Shown here piece after piece: positions 60,447 to 64,000 of a stretch of DNA of 64,000 bases. Every line of letters starts with the position of its first letter. Position 1 is the stretch's first letter. Source of the DNA: Minisyncoccota bacterium (lineage in GTDB: Bacteria; Patescibacteriota; Minisyncoccia; Phycocordibacterales; UBA9973); the NCBI GenBank assembly GCA_028718635.1, contig JAQULK010000001.1:316692-380691 (forward strand). Direction: 5' to 3'. The position numbers and the translations under genes were made by a program. The notes under the pieces were generated by a model that saw only the letters and a list, made by a program, of their open reading frames with translations, had not been told where the DNA came from and did not search any database.

Positions 60447-62114
60447 ATGATTAATTTCGCAAATACAATAGTAAATACATGTTTTTTAACTAGAGGAGAT
60501 TCTGGTACTATCGCTTATTATTCTCACGTAATTCCAATAGTTTTATCACTTATTTTAGGAACTTTTGTATTTATAAAAACAAAATTTAATCTTTTTTCAA
60601 AAGTTTTCCTTGCTTTTATTATTGTGTTCTCACTTTGGCTTATTGGTGATGTGGTTCTTTGGACACAAAATAATTATTTTCTTCAATATGCTTCATGGGC
60701 ACCACTTGATTATCTTGAAATAGTTTTTTATGTGTTAGGATTTTATTTTGCTCTTATATTCGTAAAGAAGTCTGACATATCTATATTATGGAAAATATTT
60801 CTTTTTGTCTTAACTTTACCGACACTTTTTCTAACCATAATTAAACAATCATTGACTGGATTTTATTATCCTGTGTGTGAAGCGTTAAGTAATAATTTTA
60901 TAAGTGAATATAAACTTGCTGTTGAAGTAATATTATTGTTGATAATTTTTATCTACGCAATTATCCCATTTTTCAAAAAGTTTTCACGGGAAGAGAAAAA
61001 AGCAGATTTAATAGTTCTGGGTTCTATGTTTCTTTTTCTTTCAATCTTTGGAGTGACAGAATATCTTGCATCAACAACCGGATATTATGAAATGAATTTA
61101 TACAGCTTATTTCTTTTGCCGGTATTTTTGATTGCAATTATTTATTCTGTATTTGAACTTGATATTTTTAAAGTCCATATTCTTGGTACTTATTATCTAG
61201 TGGTAGGTCTTATTATTCTTATGGGGGGGCAATTATTCTTTATCACTAGCACGACCAATAGACTACTCACTATTTTAACTATCGTCTTGCTCGCTCTTTT
61301 AAGCTTGATTCTTTTCAGAAATTTAAAAAAAGAGTCTGACCAAAGAATACAAATTGAAAAACTTAATATTGACCTTCAAGATCTCCTCAAGCAAAGAGAG
61401 AGTCTCGTGCACTTGGTTACCCATAAAGTGAAGGGTTCTTTTACTCGCTCAAAATATATTTTTGCTGGGCTTTTGGATGGGACTTTCGGTGAAATAAGTG
61501 AAGTGGTAAAAAAATATGCGCAGATGGGCTTGGAGTCGGACAATGGTGGAATCCAAACGGTTAATCTAGTTTTGAATGCTTCTAATCTTTCTACTGGGTC
61601 AGTCAAATATGAAATGAAACCGGTTGATTTTAAAGAAATAGTGTTAAAAGTTTTGGTGGACAAAAAAGTGCAAGCGGAAGCGAAGGGGCTTCAAATGGAA
61701 AGCAATATCCATGACGACAAGAGTGATGTGTATAATGTTTCGGGTGATGCTTTCTGGCTCACCGAATCGGTCAATAATCTGATTGATAATTCTATTAAAT
61801 ATACCAAGGAAGGGAAGATAAGTGTCGATTTGCATGACGGCAATGGAAAAGTGAATCTCTCTGTGAAGGACACCGGCATAGGCATCACTGAAGAAGATAA
61901 AAAACATTTATTTACCGAAGGCGGAAGAGGTAAAGAATCTGTCAAAATAAATGTGGACAGTACTGGCTACGGGCTCTATTCAGTCAAACTGATTATCGAA
62001 GAACACAAAGGCAAGGTCTGGGCAGAGTCCGCAGGCGAGGGCAAAGGTTCGGCCTTCTATATAGAGTTGCCAGCTAATTCTACTCCTGTTGTTTCTGAGG
62101 TGGCTAAAGCATAA
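60447..62114 (+). CDS. Multi-TM sensor histidine kinase
   Basis: Polytopic N-terminus, H-box LVTHKVK, NLIDNSIKY, DTGIGI, GYGL, GKGS. Confidence 0.9.
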   Translation: MINFANTIVNTCFLTRGDSGTIAYYSHVIPIVLSLILGTFVFIKTKFNLFSKVFLAFIIVFSLWLIGDVVLWTQNNYFLQYASWAPLDYLEIVFYVLGFYFALIFVKKSDISILWKIFLFVLTLPTLFLTIIKQSLTGFYYPVCEALSNNFISEYKLAVEVILLLIIFIYAIIPFFKKFSREEKKADLIVLGSMFLFLSIFGVTEYLASTTGYYEMNLYSLFLLPVFLIAIIYSVFELDIFKVHILGTYYLVVGLIILMGGQLFFITSTTNRLLTILTIVLLALLSLILFRNLKKESDQRIQIEKLNIDLQDLLKQRESLVHLVTHKVKGSFTRSKYIFAGLLDGTFGEISEVVKKYAQMGLESDNGGIQTVNLVLNASNLSTGSVKYEMKPVDFKEIVLKVLVDKKVQAEAKGLQMESNIHDDKSDVYNVSGDAFWLTESVNNLIDNSIKYTKEGKISVDLHDGNGKVNLSVKDTGIGITEEDKKHLFTEGGRGKESVKINVDSTGYGLYSVKLIIEEHKGKVWAESAGEGKGSAFYIELPANSTPVVSEVAKA

Positions 62115-62190
62115 AAGAATGCTTTTGTGGGGGAAAATTGTATTGAAAACAGTGAAAATAAAAGAAAAAATATAGTTTTTCACGGTTATG

Positions 62191-62218
62191 TTGACAAAAG
62201 CGTGAAAAAGACTATAAT
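62191..62218 (+). promoter_or_regulatory. Consensus sigma70 promoter, probably leaderless
   Basis: TTGACA-16-TATAAT, 6 nt before ATG 62225. Confidence 0.8.
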
Positions 62219-62224
62219 TTATAT

Positions 62225-63106
62225 ATGTCAAAGACACCAGCAGTATTTAATAAAATAAATTCTTTACGAGAGCGTTACTATAAAGCTTCTATTGGTAAAG
62301 AGGCACTTATTAGGCTCGTTAGTGAAGCAGAAGTTGCTGAGCAAGTATATAACTCAAATGCTATAGAAAATAGTACATTGTCACTTGAAGAAACAGAAAA
62401 AATTTTACTTCAAATTGATCTTGAAAGGTTTATTAGTCAGAGAGAAATTTTTGAAGCCAAAAATCTCGCGCGAGTAGTATCGTATATTGACAAACGATCG
62501 AAAGAACAAGAATTGACACTTGATGTAATTCTTTCACTTCACAAAATGCTCATTACAAATATTCGTGATGACGTCGCAGGAAGATTTCGTAAAAATAATG
62601 AATATGTCAGAGTGGGAAGTCACATCGCTCCAAAACCAGAAGAAGTTTTAGAAAGACTTGAAAAAATGTTGTCCGAGTATAATGCAAAAAGTCACGAAAA
62701 TATTATTAAACGGATAGCAAAATTACATTTAACATTTGAATATACACATCCTTTTATCGATGGTAATGGGCGTATTGGCCGTGTGCTAAACAATTATCTT
62801 TTGATTCGTGAAGGATTCGTTCCTATAAATATTAAGTTTATAGACCGCAAGAAATATTATGATGCATTTAAGGAATTTGACGAAAAAGGTAAAACAAAAA
62901 TAATGGAGGAGATTGTCGCTAAAGCTTTGACTAATAGTTATCATAAGCGTTTGGCATATTTGGAAGGCAAAAAAATTATGACATTAGTTGAGTATGCAAA
63001 ATCTAAAAAAATTTCTCACTCTAATCTTATTAACAAAGCAACACGTCAGACAATTGAAGCTTTCTTGGAAAAAGGTGTTTGGAAAATAGGAGTACATAAA
63101 AAATGA
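62225..63106 (+). CDS. Fic-family protein
   Basis: HPFIDGNGRIGR motif and SNAIEN inhibitory-type motif. Confidence 0.93.
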   Translation: MSKTPAVFNKINSLRERYYKASIGKEALIRLVSEAEVAEQVYNSNAIENSTLSLEETEKILLQIDLERFISQREIFEAKNLARVVSYIDKRSKEQELTLDVILSLHKMLITNIRDDVAGRFRKNNEYVRVGSHIAPKPEEVLERLEKMLSEYNAKSHENIIKRIAKLHLTFEYTHPFIDGNGRIGRVLNNYLLIREGFVPINIKFIDRKKYYDAFKEFDEKGKTKIMEEIVAKALTNSYHKRLAYLEGKKIMTLVEYAKSKKISHSNLINKATRQTIEAFLEKGVWKIGVHKK

Positions 63107-63192
63107 GTTTATGTGTGATAAGAATCTTTCTGTGGATTTATATAATAATTTGCATTATTAGTAAAATAAGATAGAATAGTTTTATTGAATAA

Positions 63193-63268
63193 GGGCCCAT
63201 AGCTCATCTGGTAGAGCGCCTCATTTGCAATGAGGAGGTAAGGAGTTCGAGTCTCCTTGGGTCCACCA
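63193..63268 (+). tRNA. tRNA-Ala(UGC)
   Basis: GGGCCCA acceptor stem, CCTCA-TTTGCAA-TGAGG anticodon arm, CCA end. Confidence 0.95.
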
Positions 63269-63275
63269 GAGTATT

Positions 63276-64000
63276 ATGCTTTATAAATTTTTCACTAATT
63301 CGAAACGGGCGTGGCAAGCCATGTTTGCCGACATGAGCAGGGCTGAAAAATCAATATTTTTAGAAATGTATATCTTCGTAGATGATATGTCGGAATTTAA
63401 TTTTTTAAAATTATTAAAAGAAAAAGCAGAATCCGGGGTTAAAGTAAAAATAATTATAGATTCTTTTGGAAGTTCTGATTTAAGCAAAGAAGGAATTTTA
63501 AGTTTAAAAAATGCAGGAGCAGAAATTATTTTCTTCAGTCATATTTTTTATCGGACGCACAGAAAGGTCCTGATAGTGGATGAAAAAGTGGCATTCATCG
63601 GAGGAGTTAATTTTGAAGAGAAGATGAATAAATGGATGGATTTGGTAGTCAGAGTGGAAGGCAGTTTGGTCAAAAGCATTACTCGATCTTTTAGCAAAGC
63701 TTATGCTAATTATGGAGGCAAAGACCAAGCCTTGATTGCTTTGAATAAGGAGATTGTTTTTAGCAAGGCCAAAACTTGGGTTATGGAGCATTTTCCAATC
63801 AGTAATAAATATCATTTGAAGAAACTTTACAAGGAAGCGCTGAGAGATTCTGAAACAAGTGTTCTTTTAGTAAGTCCGTATTTTACACCCAAACGCTGGC
63901 TCATGGGAGCTATACATCAGGCTGTTTTGCGCGGGGTAAAAGTCGAGGTTCTTATTCCGAAGACGACTGATCATTTTCTTGTCGATCGCGTCAATCATTT
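63276..64000 (+). CDS. Cardiolipin synthase/phospholipase D family, 3'-partial, not in the ORF track
   Basis: SIFLEMYIF, IIDSFGS, HRKVLIVD (HKD), GGVN, SPYF. Confidence 0.88.
   Translation, partial: MLYKFFTNSKRAWQAMFADMSRAEKSIFLEMYIFVDDMSEFNFLKLLKEKAESGVKVKIIIDSFGSSDLSKEGILSLKNAGAEIIFFSHIFYRTHRKVLIVDEKVAFIGGVNFEEKMNKWMDLVVRVEGSLVKSITRSFSKAYANYGGKDQALIALNKEIVFSKAKTWVMEHFPISNKYHLKKLYKEALRDSETSVLLVSPYFTPKRWLMGAIHQAVLRGVKVEVLIPKTTDHFLVDRVNH

Noticed and set aside
55257-63268. Prophage or integrative element at tRNA-Ala
   Set aside because: No integrase, phage genes or duplicated tRNA 3' end seen

Overview
AT-rich bacterial chromosome segment. Gene content and streamlined proteins point to a Patescibacteria/CPR (Parcubacteria-like) genome using the standard bacterial code; the taxon is my inference. 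Most of the window is core housekeeping: uvrD-like helicase, pheST, gyrB with an HNH intein, thrS, rpmF-nusB-rnc-smc, rnr, rpsP-khpA-trmD, rpoBC-dnaG-rpoD, tsf/rpsB, proS-mreBC-tgt, rnpB, tRNA-Thr and tRNA-Ala. An accessory right third holds a SAM-independent spermidine pathway, an ASCH/HIT/GNAT cluster, a histidine kinase and a Fic gene. The most striking signal is heavy colonisation by several families of short GC-rich palindromic elements. About 18 copies sit in frame inside 10 protein genes and add new peptide loops. A separate ~120-bp inverted-repeat element ends exactly at the ATG of the downstream gene in all 4 copies, shows compensatory base changes and carries a short uORF. No transposase or CRISPR array is visible. 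All calls come from reading the sequence and recalled motifs; no database search was run.
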